Below are positions 11,262 through 21,858 of a stretch of DNA of 64,000 nucleotides, piece after piece (within the stretch, counting starts at the first letter, position 1; each line of letters starts with the position of its first letter). Position numbers and translations under genes: made by a program. The DNA comes from a bacterium (GTDB lineage: Bacteria; SAR324; NAC60-12), in the NCBI GenBank assembly GCA_965209155.1, contig OZ242383.1, forward strand, positions 3,488,001 through 3,552,000. Direction: 5' to 3'. The notes under the pieces were generated by a model, which was given only the letters and a program-made list of their open reading frames with translations, was not told the origin of the DNA and ran no database searches.

Positions 11262-11879
11262 ATGTTGCGATTCTTTTTCGATGTTGACGGAGTTTTACTT
11301 GATTTTGAAATGAGTTACGTTCGTGTGTTGAATAAATACTTTCATATGGAAATCTCTGAAGATTTCGAGAGCACGGACTGGTTTTTCAAGGATGTCCTGG
11401 ATGAACGTCTACTGGAAGAAAGTTGGGAATATTTTATAAACAGCGAACATTTCAGCCAACTGACTCCGCTGGTCGACCCGCGACGGTTCAATCGGATTTT
11501 TGGAGCATACCCGGTGCATTTCATTACAAATATACCTGCGCGTTATTTGGAAATGCGGAAACAAAATCTCAAAAACGCGGGATTTCGCTGGAATTCCATC
11601 CATTGTGGAGGTATGCTTTCTTATGATGACAATCCTCCGGTAACCAAGGCGGATATTATCCGGCAATTGGTTCGGGAAAGGGAAACTTTGATTTTTTTAG
11701 ACGATCACCCAGACAATTGCATCAATGTTTTTGAGAGTTTTTCACAGGCGAAAATCTGGCTTATTTCGCGTCCTTTCAATCTGAACTTCACCCATTCCAT
11801 GATTCGCCGTGCTGAACACTGGGATACATTCATTGCATTCTCAAAAGAGTTGATCAACACAGTAGCGAACCACAATTAA
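11262..11879 (+). CDS. HAD-superfamily hydrolase (5'-nucleotidase-like)
   Basis: FDVDGVLLDF motif I and FLDDHPDN motif IV. Confidence 0.75.
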   Translation: MLRFFFDVDGVLLDFEMSYVRVLNKYFHMEISEDFESTDWFFKDVLDERLLEESWEYFINSEHFSQLTPLVDPRRFNRIFGAYPVHFITNIPARYLEMRKQNLKNAGFRWNSIHCGGMLSYDDNPPVTKADIIRQLVRERETLIFLDDHPDNCINVFESFSQAKIWLISRPFNLNFTHSMIRRAEHWDTFIAFSKELINTVANHN

Positions 11880-12031
11880 TCTTCCTGAACATCTCGTTTC
11901 GTCACGAAAGTCTGACCAGACATCTCCTCATCCCTTGATCCTTCCCGTGGGATAGTCTCAAGCATACAACCTTGGGTACGGTTTGCTCAATCCAGTTTCG
12001 GAAAATCTTTTAACAACCAAAAATAAAGACT

Positions 12032-13606
12032 TCAAAAAGAATAGGATATCCGGCCCACTAGATGAACGATGGGATCATTTTTTTCCAAAGGTGTTTGATT
12101 GTCATTATAATTGAATGCATCACCTGCTTGGAAAAAATTGAGTTCAAACTCCGTATGCAAGTTTTTATTCCATTTCCAATATAGCGTGTTATCCCACTCT
12201 ACACCGATATTTTGCACTTTCTTTCCTCTCTCATTAAGGGTAGATTGGGTACGAGTTAGCTGAAACAATCCTCCACGGTACATTAAGGAATAATCCTCCA
12301 AATTTAAAAAATACCATCCTCCAAACATTGTAGTATTATTTACCGAATGTCCCAAACCTGTTCCACTTGTCAACCCCAAACCTCTGCCATTGAAGTAAAA
12401 ATTAGTACCTCGATAGGTACCCGGGACTATCTCATGATAGCCATTCAAAGTTCTTAAAAAATTCATGCCACTGTTCTCAGGATCATTTTTTTCTTCATCA
12501 CCTGACGCGATCAGTCCTCGAAAACCAAATTGATGGTTATCAAGCCGATAACTCAATTCCAATTCGCTGGCAACACCAGCTATCGGGTGTCTGGGTTGCG
12601 TTGTATTTCCAGACGAGTGATAGCGGCGCTTCCCTTGATTGCCTGTTAGATCAAATTTTAAATCAAGTGGAAAACGTTCCCAATTTACGAGAATACCAAA
12701 ATAATCCTGCTCGATGGCATCATAGTACCAAGGATTCCCCGAACCATCCTTTGCTCTCAGTGTATCTGCCGAGTTTTCGAAAATGGGACCACTACTCTTA
12801 CCTAAGGGAATATCACGTTCCGTATAGAGGATTCGGAAAATTTCAATTTCCAGCAGGTGGGATGTGCTGCCATCTTCATGTTGATTGTGAACCACCGGAT
12901 ATTCCAGGGATCCGTAGTAGAGCCAGTCGGCCGAACTTCGACCAATTTTTGCAGCGCCCAACTGATAACACCAGGTTCCGATAGTGCATTCTTGAGAAAA
13001 ACCGGTCAGGATACCGCTGAAAACTTTGCCCCGGCGTTCGCCGAGATTGAATTCATGTTTTCCCGCTCTGAGAATGTTGCGAGGATTGGAGTTGTATTCC
13101 AAAAATGCCTGTCGTGCCTGCAGCTGAGCAGCTTGCGAATCGGGTACCTGCTGTAAGGAATTCCCACTCCTCAGATTCGCGTCTTGCCAGGGTCCTTGCT
13201 GGATTTCCAATTCGGCATTGACGGAGAGATTACGATGGAAAATAGAACGTAGTCCAATTCTCAGTTCGTGTTCGAATGAGAGTTTCCCGGGGTCGTATTC
13301 CCCTTCTTCGACGGGAGGAAGCGTGCCACTATTCATATGTCTGACCTGTAAGCGATAATCTGCCGAAATTTTCATTCCTGCAGAAAACATGAGGGTATCT
13401 TCTCTTTCTTCTACGTCTTCTGCACTCAAAGGCGTAAAATTTGATTGAGCGAATACATTGGCTGCAATCCATAAAAAAACGATCCAACTGATAAGAAGGA
13501 TTTGAATACAATATAGTGACTGCTTGTCGCTGACGGTGTTCAATTGTCTGCCATTTTTAAGTAGAAGAAATTTTTTCATAGGAATTTGTCCAGAATGGTT
13601 GAGCAA
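12032..13606 (-). CDS. Putative outer-membrane beta-barrel protein
   Basis: Signal-like hydrophobic segment, amphipathic beta strands, C-terminal ..RISYSF; start uncertain. Confidence 0.6.
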   Translation of the reverse strand: MLNHSGQIPMKKFLLLKNGRQLNTVSDKQSLYCIQILLISWIVFLWIAANVFAQSNFTPLSAEDVEEREDTLMFSAGMKISADYRLQVRHMNSGTLPPVEEGEYDPGKLSFEHELRIGLRSIFHRNLSVNAELEIQQGPWQDANLRSGNSLQQVPDSQAAQLQARQAFLEYNSNPRNILRAGKHEFNLGERRGKVFSGILTGFSQECTIGTWCYQLGAAKIGRSSADWLYYGSLEYPVVHNQHEDGSTSHLLEIEIFRILYTERDIPLGKSSGPIFENSADTLRAKDGSGNPWYYDAIEQDYFGILVNWERFPLDLKFDLTGNQGKRRYHSSGNTTQPRHPIAGVASELELSYRLDNHQFGFRGLIASGDEEKNDPENSGMNFLRTLNGYHEIVPGTYRGTNFYFNGRGLGLTSGTGLGHSVNNTTMFGGWYFLNLEDYSLMYRGGLFQLTRTQSTLNERGKKVQNIGVEWDNTLYWKWNKNLHTEFELNFFQAGDAFNYNDNQTPLEKNDPIVHLVGRISYSF

Positions 13607-13811
13607 GAATGTATAGAGAACCTGCGCTGTTTTTATAAAGAAAAACCTGTTGTTTCACAAGCGTTTTTAAAATCCTTTGGAAAAAACTGGTCTTTCCATA
13701 ATACACTTATTACAAATACTGAACCATTATTACCAATAGTTCATCCATCCTGCTAAGCCTTTCAATTGGTGTGCGGAACGGTCATACAGACGCATTTCAC
13801 TGAAGATTTTC

Positions 13812-15569
13812 ATGAACGTCAGCCAACTGCCAAGACGGAAAATCTGGAAATTTCTACCTGCTCCAGAAACCAAACTCGTACAAAAAGTGAGTGAAGAATT
13901 CCAGTTGTCATTTTTAGTAAGCAGCATTTTAATCAGACGGGGCTATGAGACCTCGGAGGCTATACACGGTTTTTTAAATCCTCAGCTTACCGACTTACGT
14001 GATCCTTATTTGATGCGGGATATGCGGAATGCTGTGGACCTGTTGCAAAGGGCAATTGTCGCGCAAAAACGCATTGTGATTCTTGGCGACTATGACGTTG
14101 ATGGCATCACGGCAACTGCAATGATGATGATGTTTCTGAAGTCTTGTGAATGCCGGGAAATCGATTATTTCATTCCCAATCGCTTTGAACACGGTTATGG
14201 TTTGACTCAAGCCAGTGTAGACGTATTGCTGCAGATGCGCCCGGATCTGGTGCTCACCGTGGACAATGGCATCACTGCCTTGCGTGAAGTCGAAATTCTG
14301 CAAGAGCAGGGTATCCAGACTTTGATTACCGATCACCATCTTAGCGATTCCAGCGGGTCGGTTCGTAAAAATGATCAACCTGCTCGGATCCCTCTTGGAG
14401 TGGTGGTCAATCCCAACCGACCCGATTGTGATTATCCGTTCAAAGGGATTTCAGGATGTGGTGTTGCCTTAAAACTACTGATGGCTCTGAGAAAGGCATT
14501 GCGTGGTTCCAATTTTTGGACTGTTGCCAAACCACAGCCCAACTTGCAGGCGTATCTCGACCTGGTCGCCCTGGGCACCGTCGCCGACGTCGTTCCTTTA
14601 GTAGACGAAAACCGCATTTTGGTACATTTTGGTATTCAACAAATGAATGCGCATCCTCGTATCGGGATTCAAGCGCTTTCTCGCTTAAAAAATGTTAAAA
14701 CCATCAATAGCCAAACCCTCGCGTTTCAATTTGCTCCACTTTTGAATGCAGCAGGACGGATGCGCAATGCATCCATCGGAGTAAAATTACTCTTGAGTGA
14801 GGATTTTAAGGAAGCGGGAGAGATTGCAAGAGCACTCGATCGAGTCAACCAGGAACGCCGAGAGACCGAAGCCGGCATGTTGGAAATTGCCACTGCGCAA
14901 GCAAAATCGCGTCAACATCAACACAGCTTGATACTCCACTCATCTCGATTTCATGAAGGCATCAGTGGCATTGTGGCAGCGAGGATGGTTGATAAATTTT
15001 ACAAACCGACGATTGTCTGCGCAAAAAATGGCAATTACTTTAAATGCTCTGCACGATCCATCCCGGAACTCCATATCAAAGACGTCCTGAATCAGTGTGC
15101 TGAACAACTGGAAAGATTTGGAGGCCATGCCGGTGCGGCAGGTTGTACGGTTCATGAAGAACGATTTGAAGCATTTGTCGAGCAATTTGAAACGACTTGT
15201 GAAACTTTCCTGACGGTTGACGGACAAATTCAAATTCCACAGCCCCTGCTGAAGCTCGAGGGAGAACTGACTCTTCAGGCCATTGATTGGCAACTGATTG
15301 ATCAATTGGAATTAATGCAACCTTTTGGAGCCGCCAATCCGATTCCTCTTTTTTCGATCCCCTCTCCTCTACATCCTTTCCAAACACTGAAAGGAAAACA
15401 TCTTAAATGGAGCATTGCTGGAAGAGAAATCGTCGGGTGGAATTTAGCTGAATCGTTTTTAAAGGCTCGGGTAATGAATCGAATGCCTCTGAAATTAGCA
15501 GTTTTTCCAGGTGTCAATGAGTTTCAAGGTCGGCGATCCATTCAGCTTATGATTGAGGATTTTCAATAA
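13812..15569 (+). CDS. recJ: Single-stranded-DNA-specific exonuclease RecJ
   Basis: GDYDVDG, TVDNG, TDHH, GTVADVVPL and GGHAGAAG motifs. Confidence 0.96.
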   Translation: MNVSQLPRRKIWKFLPAPETKLVQKVSEEFQLSFLVSSILIRRGYETSEAIHGFLNPQLTDLRDPYLMRDMRNAVDLLQRAIVAQKRIVILGDYDVDGITATAMMMMFLKSCECREIDYFIPNRFEHGYGLTQASVDVLLQMRPDLVLTVDNGITALREVEILQEQGIQTLITDHHLSDSSGSVRKNDQPARIPLGVVVNPNRPDCDYPFKGISGCGVALKLLMALRKALRGSNFWTVAKPQPNLQAYLDLVALGTVADVVPLVDENRILVHFGIQQMNAHPRIGIQALSRLKNVKTINSQTLAFQFAPLLNAAGRMRNASIGVKLLLSEDFKEAGEIARALDRVNQERRETEAGMLEIATAQAKSRQHQHSLILHSSRFHEGISGIVAARMVDKFYKPTIVCAKNGNYFKCSARSIPELHIKDVLNQCAEQLERFGGHAGAAGCTVHEERFEAFVEQFETTCETFLTVDGQIQIPQPLLKLEGELTLQAIDWQLIDQLELMQPFGAANPIPLFSIPSPLHPFQTLKGKHLKWSIAGREIVGWNLAESFLKARVMNRMPLKLAVFPGVNEFQGRRSIQLMIEDFQ

Positions 15570-15596
15570 AAAAGAATGGTAACGAGTCTCAAGGAT

Positions 15597-16637
15597 TCAT
15601 GGGGAAGACGATGCAATTCTCCGTTGCGAAAGTTTTTCCAGTATCAGAACGACAGCAACTCCTGCAATCACCAAAATCACTGACAAGAGGAAATGGCTAT
15701 CAAATTTTGTGGGTAGAATGTTTTGTTCTTGCAAAACATAAGTTTCCCCTTGTATCACTTTGCTTTCTAAAACTTCCTTCCACGGCCAGATTTTCCGCAT
15801 CGCACCAATCATCACGCCTGTCAGAAATGCCATGGTAGCCTGGTGATAAAGACTGAGAAAAAATTTTAAGATCCGTGAAAAACTCACAATGCCAATCAGA
15901 CCACCCGCTGTAAACAGGGAAATCACCAGCAGGTTCTCAAAATTGAAAGGATTTTTAATTGCCCCTATGACAAATTCATATTTTCCTAAAATCAACAATA
16001 AGAAAGACCCGCTCAATCCAGGCAAGACCATTGCGCAAATAACTATGATGCCGCTGAAGACCAGGAACCACCAGGTTTCTGGAGTCGTGACGGGAATCAT
16101 GCCCACAATCAGAAAAGCGCTCAGCCCCCCGGTGCCAGTAAGAAAAATGGTGGGGCCTTGCCATGAATCGATTTCTTTGCCAACAACGAAAATGGAGGCA
16201 AGAATCAATCCGAAAAACAAAGACCAGGTCAATACCGCGTGGTTGTTAATAAAATAATGCATCACCCTGGCTGTTGTGAGGATGGCGACAGCAATTCCAA
16301 GAAAAAGAGTCAGTAGAAATCTTAAATGGATTTCTGCCAAAGCGCTCTTCCAATCCAATCGCAGGAGATTCTTCACGAAGATCAGATTGATGGAAACAAT
16401 TGCCCCTAACCATTGGGAATAAATACCCGTAATGAAAGCAATGGTGCCTCCGGAAATTCCCGGGATGATATCTGCAGTGCCCATACAAAATCCTTTTGCT
16501 ATCAAAAGCTGAAAATCCTTCCGAGTCCGCGGTCCCGGGCTGTAAAGCCATGCTGCCTTCCAACTGGTCGGTGGCAATTCAATGCTTTTTGAAATCTTAT
16601 TGGGGGTCGGCAGATCTGACGGAGGAGGAGCTTCCAT
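15597..16637 (-). CDS. DUF368 family membrane protein
   Basis: GFCMGTADIIPGISGGTIAFITGIY and AMVLPGLSGS motifs; start approximate. Confidence 0.88.
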   Translation of the reverse strand: MEAPPPSDLPTPNKISKSIELPPTSWKAAWLYSPGPRTRKDFQLLIAKGFCMGTADIIPGISGGTIAFITGIYSQWLGAIVSINLIFVKNLLRLDWKSALAEIHLRFLLTLFLGIAVAILTTARVMHYFINNHAVLTWSLFFGLILASIFVVGKEIDSWQGPTIFLTGTGGLSAFLIVGMIPVTTPETWWFLVFSGIIVICAMVLPGLSGSFLLLILGKYEFVIGAIKNPFNFENLLVISLFTAGGLIGIVSFSRILKFFLSLYHQATMAFLTGVMIGAMRKIWPWKEVLESKVIQGETYVLQEQNILPTKFDSHFLLSVILVIAGVAVVLILEKLSQRRIASSSP

Positions 16638-17014
16638 AGCAGGTGGGGAGATGGTACGTTTTCCAATTTCCAGAAGATAGAGATTTTTATTGAATACCAG
16701 AAAACAGGTCAAACTAAATCGGTGTTTTCACTCTCCTTTACAAATTTTCGCCTCTTGCCAGGGAGGGAAGAGTTGTTTTTTTTCAACATTTCAATAAAAT
16801 ATCTCCTAAATCTGTTTTTGAATGAGTTTTTCAACCCGGGCTATAACCATACTCCAGTGAGACTGGTACAATTTCGTGGATACGGGGTCATGACCGGAAA
16901 GACACATCATGATTTTCAAGCGACTGAGATAACCAATCTGATTTCAGATCCGGATTCGCCTGAGGTGTTAGCGCATGTGCAACGTCGTGATACAATTTGA
17001 GAAGATCCAATTTA

Positions 17015-18415
17015 ATGGCAACAATGGCTGGTGAGTTATTAAGAGAAGCATTGCGTCGCAAAGGAATTGGCCCTAAAGGCAGCAAAAAGCTACCCGCGGC
17101 GATGTTGCAGCAAGTCCTTCCGATGCTCTCGGAAGCAGAAACCAACCGAACTACGGCGGCTGCTTTCTGGACCGCTTGTTTGTTGCTGGATAATTCTGAT
17201 GAAGAAGAAAAATATATTGCTCCTGTCAGACAAGAACCGGATCGATTCCTTTTACCGGAATTGCAGGCCTTGACATCCGTTGCCACAGGTCGACAATATC
17301 CTGTAGAATTTCTGGCGATCATCCGAAAATTGATTGAAAGGCGCGACCTGAGCATCGAGGAAGCGCATCGCGCGATGGAATTTTTTTGGCAAGATAGCAC
17401 CCCCGAATGGATGAAAGCGGCTTTTCTACAGGCGGAACGGGTCAAACGGGAAAGTTTTGAGGAAAATTTCGTATTTTTCCATTCCCTTTGGTCTCGTGGG
17501 CAACGCATAGAAGTGGATCTGCCCGTATTGGTGGACTTATGCGATAGCTATGATGGCACCAATCGCAGTTACCATTTGACACCTTTTGTGGCGGCACTTC
17601 TCGGGGCGTCAGGGGTTCCCACCGTTTTGCATGGCATCGAATCCCTGGCCCCCAAGTACGGCATCACAACAGCCCAAATCCTGCGCCTGTCAAGAAAGTC
17701 CACAACGCTTTCCTTGCAGCAAGCAAGAGAAAACTTGCTCAATCCCGGAATACAATGGTGTTACATCGATCAATCCGTCTCCTTTCCGGAATTATTTACC
17801 ATGCGTCAATTGCGTCATGACATGGTAAAGCGCCCTTTTTTGGCGACTTTTGATAAATTTCTGCAACCCGTTCATAATCGAAGGGGCAATATTGTTATTT
17901 CCGGGTATGTTCATCCCCATTATCGCAGCGAGATCATTAAACTCTTGAGTCTGCGCAACCAAAGCCAAATGGCTTTCAACTTAAGAACCATTGAAGGATC
18001 AACAAACTGCTGGGGAAAAAAACCTACCCCCTATATTGGCTACCATCGAGGAACCAATCGCAGTGTTATGGGTGAAATGCAGTTTCCTTGCGCAACAGAT
18101 CCGGAACTTCCCATTGCGGAATTCCTCAACGCGCAGGGGAATCATCTCGCGGAAGGAGAGTTAGTGCCTGAAGAATTTGGCATTCATCGCGAGGATCATT
18201 GCTTGATCAAAGGAATTACGGTTAATCAATCTACTCGGGCCGGGCTCTCGGCTTTACAAGGGGAACGCGGACTGATTTTTGATTTACTCATTTTTCAGAC
18301 GGCCGCTTTTCTATGGCTCAGCCGCTTGGTGTCCGATAAAAAAGAAGCTGCTGAAAAAGTTCGAGAGACGCTGGAATCAAAAAAAGCCTGGAGGCATTGG
18401 CAAAGGCAAACCTGA
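17015..18415 (+). CDS. Anthranilate phosphoribosyltransferase-like (glycosyltransferase family 3) protein
   Basis: DSYDG, VLHG..LAPKYG and LRHDMVKRPFLAT motifs; lacks the canonical TrpD GTGGD. Confidence 0.75.
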   Translation: MATMAGELLREALRRKGIGPKGSKKLPAAMLQQVLPMLSEAETNRTTAAAFWTACLLLDNSDEEEKYIAPVRQEPDRFLLPELQALTSVATGRQYPVEFLAIIRKLIERRDLSIEEAHRAMEFFWQDSTPEWMKAAFLQAERVKRESFEENFVFFHSLWSRGQRIEVDLPVLVDLCDSYDGTNRSYHLTPFVAALLGASGVPTVLHGIESLAPKYGITTAQILRLSRKSTTLSLQQARENLLNPGIQWCYIDQSVSFPELFTMRQLRHDMVKRPFLATFDKFLQPVHNRRGNIVISGYVHPHYRSEIIKLLSLRNQSQMAFNLRTIEGSTNCWGKKPTPYIGYHRGTNRSVMGEMQFPCATDPELPIAEFLNAQGNHLAEGELVPEEFGIHREDHCLIKGITVNQSTRAGLSALQGERGLIFDLLIFQTAAFLWLSRLVSDKKEAAEKVRETLESKKAWRHWQRQT

Positions 18416-18486
18416 ATGCTTCTTCCGCTTATATTAAAAAAAACATTACTGTAAAAAATGCTTTTACTTGAAGGGAATAAGAAATT

Positions 18487-19746
18487 ATGTCAAACACGCA
18501 AAAAAATCTGTACGAACTCGGGGAGAGGCCGGAACCAGGAGTGGTTCCCCCCAATATGCATGCCTTCCTGGTACGACAGGATCGCTTTGGAGAACCTATC
18601 CACGCCTGGAAACGGGAAATCATTCCCACTCCCCAAATCGGCCCCAAAGACGTCCTAGTATACGTGATGGCCAGTGGCATTAACTACAATAATGTTTGGG
18701 CGGCATTGGGGTATCCCGTTGATGTGATTGCCGATCGTCAGAAAAAAGGGGAGCCCGAGGATTTCCATGCTGGCGGCAGCGACTGCTCCGGTATTGTCTG
18801 GAAAGTGGGAGATGAAGTGCACGATTGGAAAGTGGGAGATGAAGTAGTGGTTCACAGTGGTTGGTGGGAACCGGATGATCCCTGGGTGCTTTCAGGAAAG
18901 GACCCGATGCTTGCTCCCAGCACAAGAATTTGGGGATACCAGACCAATTATGGCAGTTATTGTCAATTTGCCCGTGCGCAATCCCATCAATTGCAACCGC
19001 GTCCACAGCATCTCACCTGGGAAGCATCGGGCTGTTATATGTTGTGCGCCTCCACGGCATACCGCATGCTGATGGGATGGGAACCTCATGTTGTGCAAAA
19101 GGGGGATGCCGTTCTGGTCTGGGGCGCTGCAGGTGGATTGGGTAGTTTGGCTTTACAAATTACCGCTGCTCATGGAGGAAAACCGATTGCAGTCGTTTCT
19201 GGTGAGGACAAAATACAATACTGTCTGGACCATGGTGCTGTTGGAGCGATCAATCGTAAGGATTTTGACCATTGGGGACCCATGCCGGACACCACTTCTG
19301 CGGAATATGGCCCCTGGATCAAAGCGGCGCGATCCTTCGGCAAAGCAATCTGGCAAATCCTGGGGGAGCGAAAAAACCCTCGTATCGTCTTTGAGCATCC
19401 CGGAGAATCCACCCTTCCCACCTCCGAATTTGTTTGTGACACTGGTGGTATGATTGTGATTTGCGCAGGAACGAGCGGGTACAACGTCACCATGGATTTA
19501 CGCTACCATTGGATGATGCAGAAACGCTTCCAGGGAAGCCATCTTTCCAACGATGAACAGGCTGCTGCCATGAACCAGTTGATCGCTGACAAAAAAGTGG
19601 ACCCTTGCCTGTCCGAGACTTTCACCTTCGACCAAATAGGCCATGCGCATCAATTGATGCATGAAAACAAGCATCCCCATGGCAATATGGCCTGTTTGGT
19701 CAATGCCACCGAAAAAGGACAGGGAGCTTCCCCAGGCTCAAACTAG
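18487..19746 (+). CDS. ccr: Crotonyl-CoA carboxylase/reductase
   Basis: [40 protein letters not shown] and [11 protein letters not shown] motifs. Confidence 0.92.
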   Translation: MSNTQKNLYELGERPEPGVVPPNMHAFLVRQDRFGEPIHAWKREIIPTPQIGPKDVLVYVMASGINYNNVWAALGYPVDVIADRQKKGEPEDFHAGGSDCSGIVWKVGDEVHDWKVGDEVVVHSGWWEPDDPWVLSGKDPMLAPSTRIWGYQTNYGSYCQFARAQSHQLQPRPQHLTWEASGCYMLCASTAYRMLMGWEPHVVQKGDAVLVWGAAGGLGSLALQITAAHGGKPIAVVSGEDKIQYCLDHGAVGAINRKDFDHWGPMPDTTSAEYGPWIKAARSFGKAIWQILGERKNPRIVFEHPGESTLPTSEFVCDTGGMIVICAGTSGYNVTMDLRYHWMMQKRFQGSHLSNDEQAAAMNQLIADKKVDPCLSETFTFDQIGHAHQLMHENKHPHGNMACLVNATEKGQGASPGSN

Positions 19747-20921
19747 GAGTTGGCCTTGGCCCTTTCTGCAGCAACGACTTGTTGCATTCCATCCCAGACA
19801 TCCCAGGGATGGCAGAGCAAGTGCTTTGAGCGCTCCCACGGATCCACCCCTTCCGGGTACTCCAGCCACTCCCCGTGGTATCCCCGGTCCGGGTGATCGT
19901 TATGGCCGTGGAAGTCCACCACCATCGATGGTTGATGGGATTTGGCTCGCAGGCGGAAAAGCACGGTCATGCGACTCTCGGTGCCCCGCTCGTTGCGAGT
20001 GGCGCTGTGCGGTGTGTGGTTCGTGACGATGGCGGCATCGCCTTCTTCCATCAGAAGCTGCATCGGTTGGGGCCATCGCTTGCCGTCGGGTGTGCATTCT
20101 GAGGTTTCGTCGATCAGCGCGTCGTACACGTAGTCCGGCATTAACTTCATACCGCAGCGGTTGGGTGAGGAGTAATCAAACCGGGGCCAGCCAGGTCCCT
20201 CTTGCCCCAGGCGCTCTCCAGCAGCACGTTGACTGTTGAAAAACCGCTCCGCGACGTGGTGCCCCCCCGGGAGTATGGCGGTCTGTCCACAACCCTCTCG
20301 TGACTGGTCGTTGAGGCAGACAAAGATGAAGGCGGTGAAACTGCCGATTCCCAAGGTCATCTCCGGGTCCATAAAGAGCGGATCGTAGTTGGTGCCCGTC
20401 AACTCCGCAGTGCGCCCGAGATTCCCACTGGGAAGAGAGGAGATCCTGTATTGGTAGATTTCGTCGACGGTACCCTGGAGCGGCTCCTCTACAATGGGAA
20501 AGCCACATAAGCCATCCAAATGCATTTGAGCTCCAAAGTAGGGCTGGTCCTTCTCCAGGTACCCGAGAGCATTGTAGCCTTTTCCTGGCTCGCGCTGAAT
20601 GGGTGCAATGGCCATCCTGGCGTGAGTCACTGGATCAAACGGCCCCATACACTCGGTCATCACCGGGGTCAAGCTGCTCTTGTTGACCAGGTCGGTCATC
20701 AAGGCCGCATCACGAAGATCGAGGATCTTTCGATTTTGCCCCAAGGACTGGGTATTGCGAAAGTTGGGATCATCCGCGCGGACGGGCTCCGGATTGCGCT
20801 CCGCTTCCTCAATTGCAGTCCTCGCTGCTGAGGTCAACTCCTTGGAAACAGCACCTTTCAGGATGAGGTAGCCCTCACGGTACAACTCTTGTTTTTGTTC
20901 GATTGAAAGTTTGGCGGTCAT
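19743..20921 (-). CDS. Phytanoyl-CoA dioxygenase (PhyH)-like 2OG-Fe(II) oxygenase
   Basis: N-terminal ..[11 protein letters not shown], HxD (HLD), ILPGGHH and distal His (TPHS); visibly GC-richer than flanks. Confidence 0.65.
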   Translation of the reverse strand: MTAKLSIEQKQELYREGYLILKGAVSKELTSAARTAIEEAERNPEPVRADDPNFRNTQSLGQNRKILDLRDAALMTDLVNKSSLTPVMTECMGPFDPVTHARMAIAPIQREPGKGYNALGYLEKDQPYFGAQMHLDGLCGFPIVEEPLQGTVDEIYQYRISSLPSGNLGRTAELTGTNYDPLFMDPEMTLGIGSFTAFIFVCLNDQSREGCGQTAILPGGHHVAERFFNSQRAAGERLGQEGPGWPRFDYSSPNRCGMKLMPDYVYDALIDETSECTPDGKRWPQPMQLLMEEGDAAIVTNHTPHSATRNERGTESRMTVLFRLRAKSHQPSMVVDFHGHNDHPDRGYHGEWLEYPEGVDPWERSKHLLCHPWDVWDGMQQVVAAERAKANS

Positions 20922-21311
20922 GGACTCTCTTTATAAAAATAAAAAATGGACTGATCCGATAGAATCTTGATATCAAATGATTTTCATGTAATTTGTCTTG
21001 TTTCCAAAGTCATAGCAAAACTCTGGAACAAAAACCATGCGTCATATACATACAAATTTTAATTGAGTGTGTCAAATTTAATATTTTAGAAGTTACCCTT
21101 TTGCGGGAGACCAACGGTTTGATTTGGCTTTATGCTAGTCCCATGATATCTACTGTGATATTTAAAGAAAGATTGAGAAAGCGGATGATCACATTCGGAG
21201 AAAGGAAACAGGTCGTGCATGTAATTAATCTCATTAAACCACCAGCTCTGTTGGTGCGAACCTAATAGGCTTTGCCGGTCAGACATGAGAAAGGTACCCG
21301 TGTCCGTGAGC

Positions 21312-21712
21312 CGTGCTCGTGCTCGTGAACGGTCAGTGAATTCGACGGCACATTTTGGTTAACATAGAAACAATGCGATGAAGTAACTGTTTCCCTTCGT
21401 CAAATAAAGGAGGCTGGATGATCTTCAACACGTTTAAAACATCGAGAATAGCAGCGCATTCCATTGCGGAACCTCGGGCCAATGCATAGAATCGTTGCTT
21501 GTCAGGAAAGGAATTTTTTCCACAGCCTTCTGCGATATTGAGAGGAATCGACCATGAGGCCCTTTTCAGTTGGTCAACTAAGGCTGAGTATCCTTTTGGC
21601 AATGTTTCGATGACTTGGACAGATAACGCTAAAAATTCGATGGAACATTGGTATACATCGATTTTTTCATGATCTAACATGGCAGCCTTTTTCGTTCACG
21701 AGCACGAGCACG
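21312..21712. repeat. Perfect 20-bp inverted repeat bracketing the four-helix-bundle gene (21312-21331 / 21693-21712)
   Basis: CGTGCTCGTGCTCGTGAACG ... CGTTCACGAGCACGAGCACG; same pair in copies 2 and 4. Confidence 0.95.
21333..21680 (-). CDS. Four-helix-bundle protein (23S rRNA IVS-protein / Avd-like family), intact copy
   Basis: HEKIDVYQ, LVDQLKRASWSIPLNIAEG and RFYALARGSAMEC signature. Confidence 0.92.
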   Translation of the reverse strand: MLDHEKIDVYQCSIEFLALSVQVIETLPKGYSALVDQLKRASWSIPLNIAEGCGKNSFPDKQRFYALARGSAMECAAILDVLNVLKIIQPPLFDEGKQLLHRIVSMLTKMCRRIH

Positions 21713-21858
21713 TCTTACGATGACGAACACGTTTTGCCCTCATACTGGGGGCCTCTTCAAGCCACCGGCTCTACCGGTGGTGATGACTGATATTCCGAAA
21801 ATTACCTGTTCGAGCATTGCGGAAAAGTTCTGATTGGTGGAGGGGTGAAGGGAATAGA

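Larger units (their letters stand above)
21226..21787 (+). mobile_element. Non-autonomous IS200/IS605-ended element carrying a four-helix-bundle gene, copy 1 (562 bp)
   Basis: Near-identical to copies 2 and 4; follows TAAT (21222-21225); left hairpin CACCAGC-TCT-GTTGGTG; right hairpin CCACCGGC-TCT-ACCGGTGG then TGATGAC. Confidence 0.9.

Noticed and set aside
18799..18845. Exact 20-nt duplication (TGGAAAGTGGGAGATGAAGT) inside ccr
   Set aside because: Encodes WKVGDEV twice in a region that is naturally pseudo-repeated in MDR enzymes; frame and length are normal.
21299..21731. CRISPR array or rRNA intervening sequence around the CACGAG repeats
   Set aside because: The repeats are short inverted hexamer arrays without spacers; no cas genes and no flanking rRNA sequence.
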